Assembly: GCA_038281125.1 (NCBI GenBank)
Contig: JAYNUL010000005.1
Location: forward strand, 1-35,182
DNA length: 35,182 bases
Direction: 5' to 3'
DNA from: Fidelibacterota bacterium
GTDB taxonomy: Bacteria > Fidelibacterota > Marinisomatia > Marinisomatales > UBA1611
A program made the translations under genes and the position numbers. The notes under the pieces were generated by a model. The model saw nothing but the letters and a program-made list of their open reading frames with translations. It did no database searches and was not told the origin of the DNA. This document shows positions 1 to 9,442 of the stretch, one piece after another; positions within the stretch are counted from its first letter, which is position 1; each line of letters opens with the position of its first letter.

Positions 1-986
1 GAACTTCTTATTGGGAATAACCAATAGCTATGAGTAGGGTTTGCAGAGCCATGAATATCACAATTTTTGAGGAGATTTTTTAGATAATCTCCGACCTCCT
101 TCCTTTGAGAAATATGATTTTCTTGCATTGAGGTTAATCTATAAAGCAAATACCTAAGGTGAGAGGTAGAGGGGTTTTTTCTAATTGCTTCAAAAAGATT
201 ATCATCTTGAACCATCCTAACAGATGAAATAATTGCCTTATCATAATCAATTTTTAAAAACCTACAAGCCAATATAAAAAAACCATAAATAAACGGATTT
301 GATAATATCTTCAGGGCAATATATTTCAATACTTTTTTTCGAAATTCAGCATTCTTTATTTTTGGATATTTAGAAATTTTATTATTGATTTCTTTTTTTA
401 ATTCCTTATCCATTGTAAATCCAATGGCCCCACCTAAAGCAGTAATGGATTTAATTGAACCAAAGCTGAACATACTAATATCGGTCTTTGACTGTTTTGC
501 ATATCCATTTATTCCATTGTATGCTTGTGCACAATCCTCGACAATTAGGACATCAGATCTTTTATCTAAAGCCTTATAAACAGGATCCATCTCCATTCTG
601 GATCCAAATAAATGCGCAACTACAATCATCACTGTTTTTTTTGATACTGCTTTATTCAGAGCTTCCTTTTTTAGCTGAAGCGTTTCCATATCCAAATCTA
701 TTGGGACAATTTTCAGGCCATGTGATTCAACAATCTTCACCATATCTGGAATCGTAATTCCAGTCATAATTACTTCGCTACCTTTTTTAAAATTCTTTGT
801 GAGGAGCAGAGAATCAAAAATTGTCCTTACAGATAGTCCCACAATAACATTTTCCATGGGCCATAAGTTTTCGATCTCATAAATTATTTTTCTTTTGTCA
901 AGCCTGGGAACAATTGTCATTGTGAGCGCTGACAAAATATTCCCAAATGAATAATCAAGCTTTTTTCTAGGATAGACTCTGATCAT
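1..986 (-). CDS. DegT/DnrJ/EryC1/StrS-like PLP-dependent aminotransferase (C-terminus lies beyond the left edge)
   Basis: This ORF is missing from the supplied track because it is open at the edge. My own translation starts at the ATG at 986-984 (MIRVYPRKKLDYSFGNILSAL...) and stays open to position 1. It contains ...LIVEDCAQAYNG... and ...SMFSFGSIKSITALGGA..., which resemble the DegT-family EDxAQA and SFxxxK (PLP-lysine) motifs. Confidence 0.7.
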   Translation of the reverse strand, partial: MIRVYPRKKLDYSFGNILSALTMTIVPRLDKRKIIYEIENLWPMENVIVGLSVRTIFDSLLLTKNFKKGSEVIMTGITIPDMVKIVESHGLKIVPIDLDMETLQLKKEALNKAVSKKTVMIVVAHLFGSRMEMDPVYKALDKRSDVLIVEDCAQAYNGINGYAKQSKTDISMFSFGSIKSITALGGAIGFTMDKELKKEINNKISKYPKIKNAEFRKKVLKYIALKILSNPFIYGFFILACRFLKIDYDKAIISSVRMVQDDNLFEAIRKNPSTSHLRYLLYRLTSMQENHISQRKEVGDYLKNLLKNCDIHGSANPTHSYWLFPIRS

Positions 987-1016
987 AATGAAAAAGATTT
1001 TAGTAAAGGAATATTA

Positions 1017-1397
1017 CTAATATATTACCACAATTTTTATTTCTGCAATTTCAAACCAGTCCCAGAAATTAGATTGATCTAATTTTAGAATACCATCTTT
1101 AAAATTGAATCTCAGACGTTTGCGGTACAAGGACTCAGTGAACCATTCAGAGTTATCTCTTTTGTAATAAATAGCGACAAAAGGAGGACTATCTTCTTTA
1201 AGATCTGGTATTAATAATGTGCAAATGGCTTCGTTGAATTCACCTTCAGCAGTAATAAAATCTATCTTCGAAAAACTGTATACTCTTTTTTTTATTGATT
1301 GATATTCGGATAGATTTTTTTCATGCTCCTGTCCAAATAAATCTAACTGAAATACTAGAGCAATAAATAAAGCGATAAGAAAAGGGTGATTTGGCAC
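1017..1397 (-). CDS. hypothetical small secreted protein
   Basis: 126-aa ORF with a GTG start. The N-terminus is hydrophobic (PFLIALFIALVFQLDLFGQ). It sits 14 nt downstream of the preceding gene and 30 nt upstream of the DegT-like gene. I recognise no family motif. Confidence 0.5.
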   Translation of the reverse strand: MPNHPFLIALFIALVFQLDLFGQEHEKNLSEYQSIKKRVYSFSKIDFITAEGEFNEAICTLLIPDLKEDSPPFVAIYYKRDNSEWFTESLYRKRLRFNFKDGILKLDQSNFWDWFEIAEIKIVVIY

Positions 1398-1411
1398 CCT
1401 TTAATTTGATT

Positions 1412-1864
1412 CTACTTTTTCTTACGCCCAAAGAATCCTTTTTTCTTTTTAGGTTCTTCTTCTTTCGGCTGTTCCTCAGCGGGCTTTTCTTTCGTACCTG
1501 CCTCTATCTTTTTTTCCCACTCACTCATTTCTTCTGTATTGAGGCCTGGGCCATCTTCTTGGTCATTATCAACTTGAGGAGTCTCATTAACGACAACATC
1601 TGGGTTATTCCAAATCTCTTTTAATTTTTCATGGCGTTTTTCAGAATTATCCTTTAGACGGCCAAGCATCTCATTTACTTCCTCATGAAAATCAGCAATG
1701 GTCTGTTCAAGTCGATTAATTAATTCTTCCTGAAGTGGCCCACCAAAACCATCACCAACCTGCTCCATAAGGTTGCCAAATTGATCCATTAGATATTGTT
1801 TTTGCGGGTCTATTTTAGGGACAGTGCTCTCTTGAACCTCCGGTTCAGCAGGTTTTTTTGGCAT
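1412..1864 (-). CDS. hypothetical acidic, probably coiled-coil protein with a polybasic C-terminal tail
   Basis: 150-aa ORF. A GGAG sits about 7 nt upstream of the ATG (acGGAGtaattATG). The core is rich in E/D/K and the tail reads ...KKKKGFFGRKKK. No signal peptide. Confidence 0.55.
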   Translation of the reverse strand: MPKKPAEPEVQESTVPKIDPQKQYLMDQFGNLMEQVGDGFGGPLQEELINRLEQTIADFHEEVNEMLGRLKDNSEKRHEKLKEIWNNPDVVVNETPQVDNDQEDGPGLNTEEMSEWEKKIEAGTKEKPAEEQPKEEEPKKKKGFFGRKKK

Positions 1865-1881
1865 AATTACTCCGTATGTGA

Positions 1882-2691
1882 TTAAAAATTTTCTTTTTCA
1901 TATTCAGCTTCTGACAAAATAATTGTATCAGTAGGTGTTAACAATGTACTTATAGCATCAAACACTTCGCTACTAAAAATCAAACCAATTATTGTTCCAA
2001 ATATTTGATGATATGCGCTAAGATCTTTTCTTGGAATTCCATGTTCATTATATGTTACAGGACGTTGTGCATTATAAAGGCTGGCCATTGCGAAACCAGT
2101 TAAGCCTGTTACAAAAAATGTGTAAGGTCGTAAGTAATCAAAATTCCCTAAAAATGGCCGATAAGAAAATCTATCTATTTTTTTTAACTCAATTTTTTCA
2201 ATTGTAGTAGCTGTTTGTATAAACAATGTATTATCAACAACATTTAATAACGTTCCGCTTAACTTTTTATTTTTTGAGTGTCTAAGAATAACAAATTGTG
2301 GCTTTGGTATTTCATTAACAATTTTTTCTGCTCGAAGAAAATCCATTCCTTCATACATTGCAGAAACTAGTTTTTTTGTCAAAACAGGTTGATTATCAAC
2401 ATGTACTTTTAATTTGTCAAATTCATTTTGATTGATATAGCGATTTACTTTATTGATCTTTCCATTAATCTTTTTGACAATATCAATTCTATACTTTTCT
2501 TCGCCAATTTTAATTAACTGCGCATTAATTAATTGTTTTTCCTTTGGAAATATTCTGTAAAACCGATTTTCATGTTCATCGATCTCTGTTCCAACATTTG
2601 GACTAAGAATAATTATTTCTGTTCTGCCAAAAAGACTATGAACATTTAGGAAAAAGAAAACAATAATTATTTTAAGAATAGTTATTATCAA
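1882..2691 (-). CDS. hypothetical membrane-anchored protein
   Basis: 269-aa ORF with a TTG start that overlaps the upstream gene's TGA stop by 4 nt. The N-terminus is hydrophobic and two hydrophobic segments lie near the C-terminus (YTFFVTGLTGFAMASLY, IFGTIIGLIFSSEVF). Confidence 0.55.
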   Translation of the reverse strand: MIITILKIIIVFFFLNVHSLFGRTEIIILSPNVGTEIDEHENRFYRIFPKEKQLINAQLIKIGEEKYRIDIVKKINGKINKVNRYINQNEFDKLKVHVDNQPVLTKKLVSAMYEGMDFLRAEKIVNEIPKPQFVILRHSKNKKLSGTLLNVVDNTLFIQTATTIEKIELKKIDRFSYRPFLGNFDYLRPYTFFVTGLTGFAMASLYNAQRPVTYNEHGIPRKDLSAYHQIFGTIIGLIFSSEVFDAISTLLTPTDTIILSEAEYEKENF

Positions 2692-4943
2692 AAGTTAAAT
2701 GAGGTCTCAATATTGTTTTGCTGGATAGTTTCCATTTTACCAGTTCCATCGTCTCGATAAAATTGTCTGAAATCCCATATGAGACTTACACCTTTACTTA
2801 GCTCATAGCCTATCTTGTAGCCTACTATGGTGTTTTCAGTTGGATTTTCAAAGTCAAATGGGTTGTCATCATTATTTCGTTGATAATATGCCATTGCTGA
2901 ACTGATTTTAGGTATGTTATCCGTATTTAGGCTTAAATAAGAGGAGAAACTTTTTAATTCTGTTGTATCCGCTTTCATGTTTGCATAACTTGCTGAAAAA
3001 GATATTAAATTAAACAGATTTAGCCCCGCTGATCCAAACAATCCACTTGACTTACTACTGTCCCCATAGGTTTCAAAAACCATCATATCTTTTGTCCGAA
3101 TGATGGTTTGATTTTCAACAGTTGAAGTGACTACCCTATTCAAATCGTATGCCTGATCAAAATACTGAGGGATATAGGAGCCATTTATAATTCTATACTC
3201 CAGTGATAGGTTCAATATTTTAAAGATAGTTGACCTTAAACCTGGTATAGTGATACCTGATCCAGACCTTTCCGGCCTTGAGAATGTTGAATCATCATTA
3301 GTAAACCCAGGAAAATTAAGCCTATTAAATTCAGTGTAAATATCTAGGCTAAATGCATCTGACTTGATCACTGGGTAGCCTATGTCTACTGAAAACCCAC
3401 TTGTTTTTGCAGAATTATTTTTAAGACTAAATGGTGTTGCTTTTAAATTTATATCATCAATTGACTCATTAGCGTCAATGATATTATCCCCATCGGCATC
3501 TATATCGATCAATGAATCAATCATTGAATCACCATGCCCTGGATCTGGCCAACCATCCCCATCAGTATCGTTCCAAAGAGTGCTATCATCAGGGAAATCA
3601 TCAAAAACATCTGGGTATGAATCCTTATCCCTATCCTTAAGACCAGAAAACATATTCCCATCTATTATATAATTCATACCGATTGAAAGTGGTATATCCT
3701 CAGAAACTTTATATGCAAGTCTTAGTCCAGTTACCGTTCCACCTCTGCTTAAGTCTTTTATATTTGAAAGAAATAATTCTCCAGAAACAGGACCAATATT
3801 AAACCCTGTATTGAAACCTACTCTTCTGACTGATGGGAATTCCATCATGTTTGAATAATTGTTCATCAGCCCACCATAGCCTAATGTCATGGATTCAATA
3901 GCGCCATATTTCCCCCAGTAGGGATCAACTTTACTGCCGTATTTGATATATAAAATTTTATCTAGTAAAAGACCCGGGTCATTTTCAATATCCCAATCTT
4001 CATTTCGAACATTACCCTCGTTGTCTAGGTACACAACAAGATCAAGTCCAATACCAATCTTCCCAATATTGATTTCAGGTCTCAGGGATACTTGATTATA
4101 TAGTACACCATCAAGTGTTGCTGAACCAATACCAAGACCCATTGAAAATGGTTTTGGTGGTGGTCCGGTTTCAGGAGCTTCCGGGAGATCCCCATCATCA
4201 GCCTGCTTGGACTCATTTTCTAGTTCCTCAGGTTGCTTGGGCTCTACCTTGTCTATCTTATTATCTTTAATTTGTTTGGATTGAATTTTTTCAGTGACCT
4301 TTGGTTTTTGTTTGGCTTTTTTTGTGTCTTGTTCGGGCTCAAGATCGACTGGTTCCTCAACCTCTGGATCTGGTGGATACTCCCCTGGTGAACTAGGAGC
4401 CTGGACCAAATTCCCGGTAGCGTTGCTTACTGCTTTTTCACCTGCACCAACGCTTACAGTTTCTCCACTGATCATATTAAGAACCTCAAAACGTCCCTTT
4501 TTACATATAAACTGATCTACGCCTGTCTGAGAGACTATAGCCGCAAATTCGGTACCTTTTACACTTGCTACTGAAACTGGTGTCTGAATTCTATAATCTT
4601 TTGTTCTTCCTTCTTTCTTTATATCATTTAACAAAGTTCCCTTTACTATGTCAACAGTACGGGAATTCCGGGTATCCATGAAACTAAAAGTAGTATTCTC
4701 TCTAACTTTTAAAATAGATCGATCATCCAAATAAATTATTGCAGCAAAACTATTTTCCCTTACTTTGATCTGGTCACCATTTCTTATTGAAGCACCAGCT
4801 CTACCTTCTTCTGAAAATGTATTCATCCCTAGTCTTTTAAAGTAGACCCTTCCCTCAGCCTTAACTAATCTGGCAATGACTTGACCATATACATGGGAGG
4901 AAAAAATAGCGTAAATGAATAAAATATATAATGTTCTTGTCAT
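2688..4943 (-). CDS. FecR-domain protein fused to an outer-membrane beta-barrel-like region with thrombospondin-type-3-like Ca-binding repeats
   Basis: 751 aa with a signal peptide (LYILFIYAIFSSHVYGQ). The N-terminal region is FecR-like (VKAEGRVYFKR...IRNGDQIKV...AAIIYLDDRSILKVRENTTFSF...VKGTEFAA). A P/E/K-rich linker follows. Aspartate-rich repeats read DTDGDGWPDPGHGD...DIDADGDNIID. The remainder has alternating beta-strand-like sequence and ends in ...SFNF, a typical OMP terminal Phe, directly before TGA. Confidence 0.7.
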   Translation of the reverse strand: MTRTLYILFIYAIFSSHVYGQVIARLVKAEGRVYFKRLGMNTFSEEGRAGASIRNGDQIKVRENSFAAIIYLDDRSILKVRENTTFSFMDTRNSRTVDIVKGTLLNDIKKEGRTKDYRIQTPVSVASVKGTEFAAIVSQTGVDQFICKKGRFEVLNMISGETVSVGAGEKAVSNATGNLVQAPSSPGEYPPDPEVEEPVDLEPEQDTKKAKQKPKVTEKIQSKQIKDNKIDKVEPKQPEELENESKQADDGDLPEAPETGPPPKPFSMGLGIGSATLDGVLYNQVSLRPEINIGKIGIGLDLVVYLDNEGNVRNEDWDIENDPGLLLDKILYIKYGSKVDPYWGKYGAIESMTLGYGGLMNNYSNMMEFPSVRRVGFNTGFNIGPVSGELFLSNIKDLSRGGTVTGLRLAYKVSEDIPLSIGMNYIIDGNMFSGLKDRDKDSYPDVFDDFPDDSTLWNDTDGDGWPDPGHGDSMIDSLIDIDADGDNIIDANESIDDINLKATPFSLKNNSAKTSGFSVDIGYPVIKSDAFSLDIYTEFNRLNFPGFTNDDSTFSRPERSGSGITIPGLRSTIFKILNLSLEYRIINGSYIPQYFDQAYDLNRVVTSTVENQTIIRTKDMMVFETYGDSSKSSGLFGSAGLNLFNLISFSASYANMKADTTELKSFSSYLSLNTDNIPKISSAMAYYQRNNDDNPFDFENPTENTIVGYKIGYELSKGVSLIWDFRQFYRDDGTGKMETIQQNNIETSFNF

Positions 4944-5034
4944 ATTAAGACTTTTAGTTTTTTCTATATCAAAATTACTTCTTTATTTTTTGAAGACCAT
5001 TAACTGAAAAAAATATAATTGACTTCCACTATTT

Positions 5035-6732
5035 TTAGCTCCAGAATTTTTTCTTGCTAGTTTTTCCTATACCTGGATTAAAACTATTGGTTGGATCTAA
5101 ATCTTTATAAAAGCTTGATAGAAGTGGTTTTGCAAAATATTCATGACCAACATTATGTTCCGCAGGATACTCTGCTCCAATTGAATCATAATATTTCAAT
5201 AATTTTTGCATTAATTCTTCTCCGTTTACGCCTTTTTTAACAATGTAATTATGATGTAATACATGGCAAAATAGATGACCATAATATAGTTTCATTTCAA
5301 ATGAGCTATCAATTTCTTCAGGCAGATTCTCAAACCAATCTAATTCATTTCGAGGAAGGGCAATATCCAATGATAACATTGACCCAATATCTTTTTTATG
5401 AACTGAGTGATATCGTCCTAACGCACTTGCAGCAACAAAACGATGTAAAATAGCCTTCTTAGCTTCCTTTTCATTGCATTCAAAAAAGTTGCCTTCATTT
5501 TTTTGAAAAAAATTATCAAAATATTCTTTTGCCTCTTCAATTCCTTTATCAGATGTTTCAATTATCCAATGGTGTTCATACTTATCTCTATAATCTTCCA
5601 TACGGAGAGGTAGATGATTAAAAGTAATTTTGGTTAAAAATTGCATTAATCTATCTGAAAAATGATCAGGAAGAATTTTTACCTTATCAGCAATTAAATC
5701 TACTATTCTTTTAAATTCAAATAACTTTGGAATGTAATCAGCTCCTAGTTTGTCAATGACAATAAAGGTATCCTTGCTATACTTTTTCGCAGCATCATAA
5801 CAGTCCCTATGCAAATATTCTCCTGAGGTTGGTAGATGTTTAAATTGAGATAATATATCGCGACGAATAGATGTAAGTACTCTTGGACTATTAGTGCCTA
5901 TATAAAACACTTGATTACGTTTTGGTATTGGATAGGTATCCAACCGTACAGCGAAAACAGCAACCTTACCCGCGCAGCCTGAAGCGCCATGTAAACGCCT
6001 TCTATCTGCGTTAAAGCGCGATGGAGTATCTGCTTCAATATTTCGTACTCTTTTTTCATATTCATTGTCGGATGCAAGCTTATCAGGATACTTTATTTGA
6101 TCCTGGTTATAATTCTGATTTTGTAAATTATATAGAATCTCTTTTGGATTGTCACCAAGTTCAATACCTAAATCATTTATAAGTACCAGATTCCCACTCG
6201 TATCAATTTTTGCGTAAAGAGCAAGCTCTGTATAAGCTGGGCCTCTTTTAATTAGAGCACCTCCTGAGTTATTGCATACGCCTCCCACAATGGATGCTCC
6301 TATACAGGAAGATCCAATCACAGAGTGCGGTTCTCTACCATATGGCGCTAATTTTTTTTCTAAACCAACTAGTGTACTTCCTGGAAAACTAACAATTTGT
6401 TTACCTTCGTTTAAAACATGAATGTTGCTGATACGCCTGGTATTGATAATTAATATAGGACGATCATAATCGTCACCAAAAGGTGTAGAGCCACCTGTTA
6501 GGCCGGTGTTAGCCGCTTGCATAATTATGATAATGTCCATATCTACACATACCTGAATAGTTTGCCAAATCTCAAACAGTGTTCCGGGTTTGGCAACAGC
6601 TAATGCTTCCCCTTCGCCATAACGCCAGCCCTTTGAGAAAGGAAGCTTACCCCATTCTGTAGTAATTATATTCTTTTCACCAATAATGTTACTCAGATCT
6701 TTTATGAAGTGATCTTTACTAAAGTGACTCAT
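5035..6732 (-). CDS. dld: quinone-dependent (FAD) D-lactate dehydrogenase
   Basis: 565 aa. It is collinear with E. coli Dld as I remember it: MQAANTGLTGGSTP, REPHSVIGSSCIGASIVGGVCNNSGG, GCAGKVAVFAVRLDT, YPAEHNVGH and NPGIGKTSKKK near the C-terminus. Confidence 0.9.
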   Translation of the reverse strand: MSHFSKDHFIKDLSNIIGEKNIITTEWGKLPFSKGWRYGEGEALAVAKPGTLFEIWQTIQVCVDMDIIIIMQAANTGLTGGSTPFGDDYDRPILIINTRRISNIHVLNEGKQIVSFPGSTLVGLEKKLAPYGREPHSVIGSSCIGASIVGGVCNNSGGALIKRGPAYTELALYAKIDTSGNLVLINDLGIELGDNPKEILYNLQNQNYNQDQIKYPDKLASDNEYEKRVRNIEADTPSRFNADRRRLHGASGCAGKVAVFAVRLDTYPIPKRNQVFYIGTNSPRVLTSIRRDILSQFKHLPTSGEYLHRDCYDAAKKYSKDTFIVIDKLGADYIPKLFEFKRIVDLIADKVKILPDHFSDRLMQFLTKITFNHLPLRMEDYRDKYEHHWIIETSDKGIEEAKEYFDNFFQKNEGNFFECNEKEAKKAILHRFVAASALGRYHSVHKKDIGSMLSLDIALPRNELDWFENLPEEIDSSFEMKLYYGHLFCHVLHHNYIVKKGVNGEELMQKLLKYYDSIGAEYPAEHNVGHEYFAKPLLSSFYKDLDPTNSFNPGIGKTSKKKFWS

Positions 6733-7160
6733 TCAATTGGTCTGCATCTTTCTCTAATTAATTCAGGAACTGGAATAGTACTATTATCTTTATAACTATA
6801 TGCTACTAGTTTGAAAATAGCAGAACATATTAAGTTTTTATTTTCTGCATGAAATATACCAGCTAAAAAGTCAAAACTCTTATTACCTACCCTTGATATT
6901 CTGTGACCAATTTCAAGCTTAGAAGGGTGAATAGTTTGATCAAGATAATGAACTTCCATGCTCGCAAGGATGGTACTTTCATCCATCTCCCTTCTTATTC
7001 CTGAGTAGCCCAGTTGAATATATACATCAACCCTTGCAGACTCCATGTATGATAAATATGCTGTATGATTAATATGGCTTAAAGAATCCATATCTCTCCA
7101 TCTAGTTTCCATAATGGTCCAAAAATCAAGATCTGAATGATGTAATTTTTTAATGTCCAT
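6729..7160 (-). CDS. acyl-CoA thioesterase, hotdog fold (YbgC/4HBT-like)
   Basis: 143 aa. ...TRWRDMDSLSHINHTAYLSYMESARV... matches the 4HBT-type motif (VRYEDTD..GHVNN..Y..Y.E). It overlaps the dld start by 4 nt. Confidence 0.75.
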   Translation of the reverse strand: MDIKKLHHSDLDFWTIMETRWRDMDSLSHINHTAYLSYMESARVDVYIQLGYSGIRREMDESTILASMEVHYLDQTIHPSKLEIGHRISRVGNKSFDFLAGIFHAENKNLICSAIFKLVAYSYKDNSTIPVPELIRERCRPIE

Positions 7161-7240
7161 GCAATAAACTTAACTCAACAGTGTATTTACTTTCATCAAA
7201 AGATTATCATTGAAAAAATAATTTGTTGTAATTTTGCTAC

Positions 7241-8176
7241 ATGAAAGCTTGTTTTTTCATTATTACTCTAAGTGTAACAAATCTTTTTGCTCAACCTAAG
7301 GAAGGTGTCGAATTTAAGTTGAACACGATATCTGGTTATGTGATTGATAGTCTTAGCTCAAAACCAATAATGGATGTAAATGTTGATATCTACACTGGAA
7401 ATGGAATATTGAAGCATTCTACAATAACGGATGAATTTGGCTATTATGAAAGGTCTATAGTAGGATACCTCTGGAAACCAAAGATCAAATTCTCACTACA
7501 TAATTACTATAAAAAGGCGCTCAGACTCAATCCTGATGTACTGGATAGTAATTTAAATATGAGCGTTAATGTGATGATGCTCCCAGTACCAGAAGAAAAA
7601 AGAATCCCAGATTTAACTAAAAGTACTATAATAAATCGTGCAGAAACTTTTTTCAAAATTGGAAATGTCTTTTATTATCTTACTAATCAAAATAATGCTG
7701 ATCGTATTATCATAAAAACAGCAGAGGCTTTAGAAACTAATCCCGGTTTTATAATAATGAAGGTTAATGATACACACTATGATGTAGCTAGGTGTTATGT
7801 GCCTCAAGAGGGGAAATATGAAAATCTTTCATTCATTATGAAAAGTCTTTTATCTGATCCAATTTTTGAAAATTCAAAAAATCCTCTCTACTTAGATCAA
7901 AAACTTTTGGAGCCTTCTGTTATCTACGGTTACGTGATGAATATCTTGACCGGAGACCCTGTAATGGGTGCTGAAATCATTATCAGTGAACCATTTAAAA
8001 GAAGAATTTCTGATGAAAATGGCAAGTTTGCATTTTACCTTAATGATTCTGGTAGATATGATATCATTATGAACCCCCCACCTCGTTTTGAAAGAGTAAC
8101 ATTTGCAAAACCTGAAATAATCATTAATCAAGAACGAGGTGGATGGTTTAAATCTAATTTTTATGTGCGCCCTTGA
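7241..8176 (+). CDS. secreted protein with two carboxypeptidase-regulatory-like (CarboxypepD_reg) domains
   Basis: 311 aa with a signal peptide. The two domains are ISGYVIDSLSSKPIMDVNVDIY...TDEFGYYE and IYGYVMNILTGDPVMGAEIIIS...DENGKFAF. Confidence 0.6.
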   Translation: MKACFFIITLSVTNLFAQPKEGVEFKLNTISGYVIDSLSSKPIMDVNVDIYTGNGILKHSTITDEFGYYERSIVGYLWKPKIKFSLHNYYKKALRLNPDVLDSNLNMSVNVMMLPVPEEKRIPDLTKSTIINRAETFFKIGNVFYYLTNQNNADRIIIKTAEALETNPGFIIMKVNDTHYDVARCYVPQEGKYENLSFIMKSLLSDPIFENSKNPLYLDQKLLEPSVIYGYVMNILTGDPVMGAEIIISEPFKRRISDENGKFAFYLNDSGRYDIIMNPPPRFERVTFAKPEIIINQERGGWFKSNFYVRP

Positions 8177-8754
8177 AAAAAAATTTCTTAATACAAATCA
8201 TTATACTTTTTGGAGTAACTAATATGGCTAAGTCTGAAATTGCTACCTTAGGTGGTGGATGCTTCTGGTGTGTAGAAGCTGTGTTTCAAAGAGTAGAGGG
8301 TGTTATATCAGTAAAACCTGGATATGCAGGTGGGAACGTAAAAAACCCAACATACAAGCAAATTTGCACTGGAAACACTGGGCATGCTGAAGTAGCAAAG
8401 ATCGAATTTGATCCTTCTAAGATAACTTATTCTCAAATTTTGAATGTATTTTGGCAATCTCATGATCCAACAACGCTAAATAGGCAAGGTAATGATGTTG
8501 GAACACAATACAGATCCGTTATTTTCTTTCATAATGAGAGACAGGAAGAAATTGCGAAAAAGTCAAAGATAGATGCTGATAAATCTGGATATTGGGATAA
8601 TGAAATTGTGACGGAAGTAACCCTTTTAAATAATTACTATGATGCCGAGGATTATCATGACAATTATTACAGTAATAATCCCAACCAACCGTACTGTTTA
8701 TTCGTAATCAAGCCAAAACTTGATAAACTTGAAAAACAAGGGCTATTTGATTAA
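8173..8754 (+). CDS. msrA: peptide-methionine (S)-S-oxide reductase
   Basis: Motifs GGGCFWCVEAVF, GYAGG..KNPTY..IC.G.TGHAEV, DPTTLNRQGNDVGTQYRS and YHDNYY. The track start is a TTG at 8173 that overlaps the upstream TGA and adds 17 hydrophobic residues. An internal ATG at 8224 (MAKSEIATLGGGCFWC) is an alternative start. Confidence 0.9.
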   Translation: MKKNFLIQIIILFGVTNMAKSEIATLGGGCFWCVEAVFQRVEGVISVKPGYAGGNVKNPTYKQICTGNTGHAEVAKIEFDPSKITYSQILNVFWQSHDPTTLNRQGNDVGTQYRSVIFFHNERQEEIAKKSKIDADKSGYWDNEIVTEVTLLNNYYDAEDYHDNYYSNNPNQPYCLFVIKPKLDKLEKQGLFD

Positions 8755-8860
8755 AAGCACCTCAATTATAATATAAATTAATTGATCGCACTTCATGAGG
8801 GTTTTTTTGGTTGGATAATTTTTTATATTAAAGTGAACCCAAACTAATTAAGCATTCTTT

Positions 8861-9361
8861 TCAATCATTATTCATGCCTGGATGTATAGGTTTTTTAAAT
8901 GAGTCTGTTGACAACCTTTCATCGGCGTATTTTACAAAGTCCGAACTAAAGGCAGTTTTTGAAGAATTCCACCATTCTGCTGGTCCGCCAGAAGAAATAA
9001 GTGTCAATATAGATCTCTCAAACCCTTCAATCCTTATTTGGTCAATAGATCCATAAATTCCTTGTACATAAATAGCCTCAAACCTTCGAAGTGCAACCAC
9101 CATCCAAAAATGAAATCTGATACGCTCTTCTGGAGATAAATCATCCAAGCTTTCAGAGGCCTTTACGACTATTCTGGCAAGTTCTCCATCACTTGATATT
9201 GCATTAGCAGTTAAACTCATATCCATGCTACTTTGTTGAAAGGTTTGGGAACGCAAAGCACGTGTATTTTGTTTTAATTGAATTGCGAGATAAACAAGCG
9301 TAGCTACGGTTGCTACTGCAGCAATCAATTCACCTAAACTTCCCAAATCTTGAATGGTCAT
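8861..9361 (-). CDS. hypothetical single-pass membrane protein
   Basis: 166-aa ORF with an N-terminal TM segment (LGELIAAVATVATLVYLAI). G+C is visibly higher than in neighbouring genes. I recognise no family. Confidence 0.55.
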   Translation of the reverse strand: MTIQDLGSLGELIAAVATVATLVYLAIQLKQNTRALRSQTFQQSSMDMSLTANAISSDGELARIVVKASESLDDLSPEERIRFHFWMVVALRRFEAIYVQGIYGSIDQIRIEGFERSILTLISSGGPAEWWNSSKTAFSSDFVKYADERLSTDSFKKPIHPGMNND

Positions 9362-9442
9362 ATCAAAAACCTTGAAAGAAAATTTTTTGCTTAATGCAAC
9401 TCATTCAAACGACTACCTCTAAAGTACTGTGGTAAGAATTTA

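Noticed and set aside
385-757. Plus-strand ORFs 385-579 and 488-757 from the track.
   Set aside because: They lie entirely inside the much longer minus-strand DegT-like frame, which has recognisable PLP-enzyme motifs. They are shadow ORFs with low-complexity translations.
3382-4515. Plus-strand ORFs 3382-3672 and 4294-4515.
   Set aside because: They are antisense shadows of the 751-aa FecR-barrel gene, with Ser/Gly/Pro-rich nonsense translations.
7229-7236. TAATTTTG, which matches the Bacteroidetes-type -7 promoter motif TAnnTTTG, 4 nt upstream of the 7241 start codon.
   Set aside because: It is a single occurrence in AT-rich DNA with no properly spaced -33 TTTG, and it would imply a leaderless mRNA. 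Similar motifs were not evident upstream of the tRNAs. The evidence is too weak to call.
8755-8860. A T-run (gggttttttt, about 8803-8812) between the convergent msrA and the 166-aa gene, considered as an intrinsic terminator.
   Set aside because: I could not find a stable stem preceding the T-run; the best pairing leaves a 2-nt loop.
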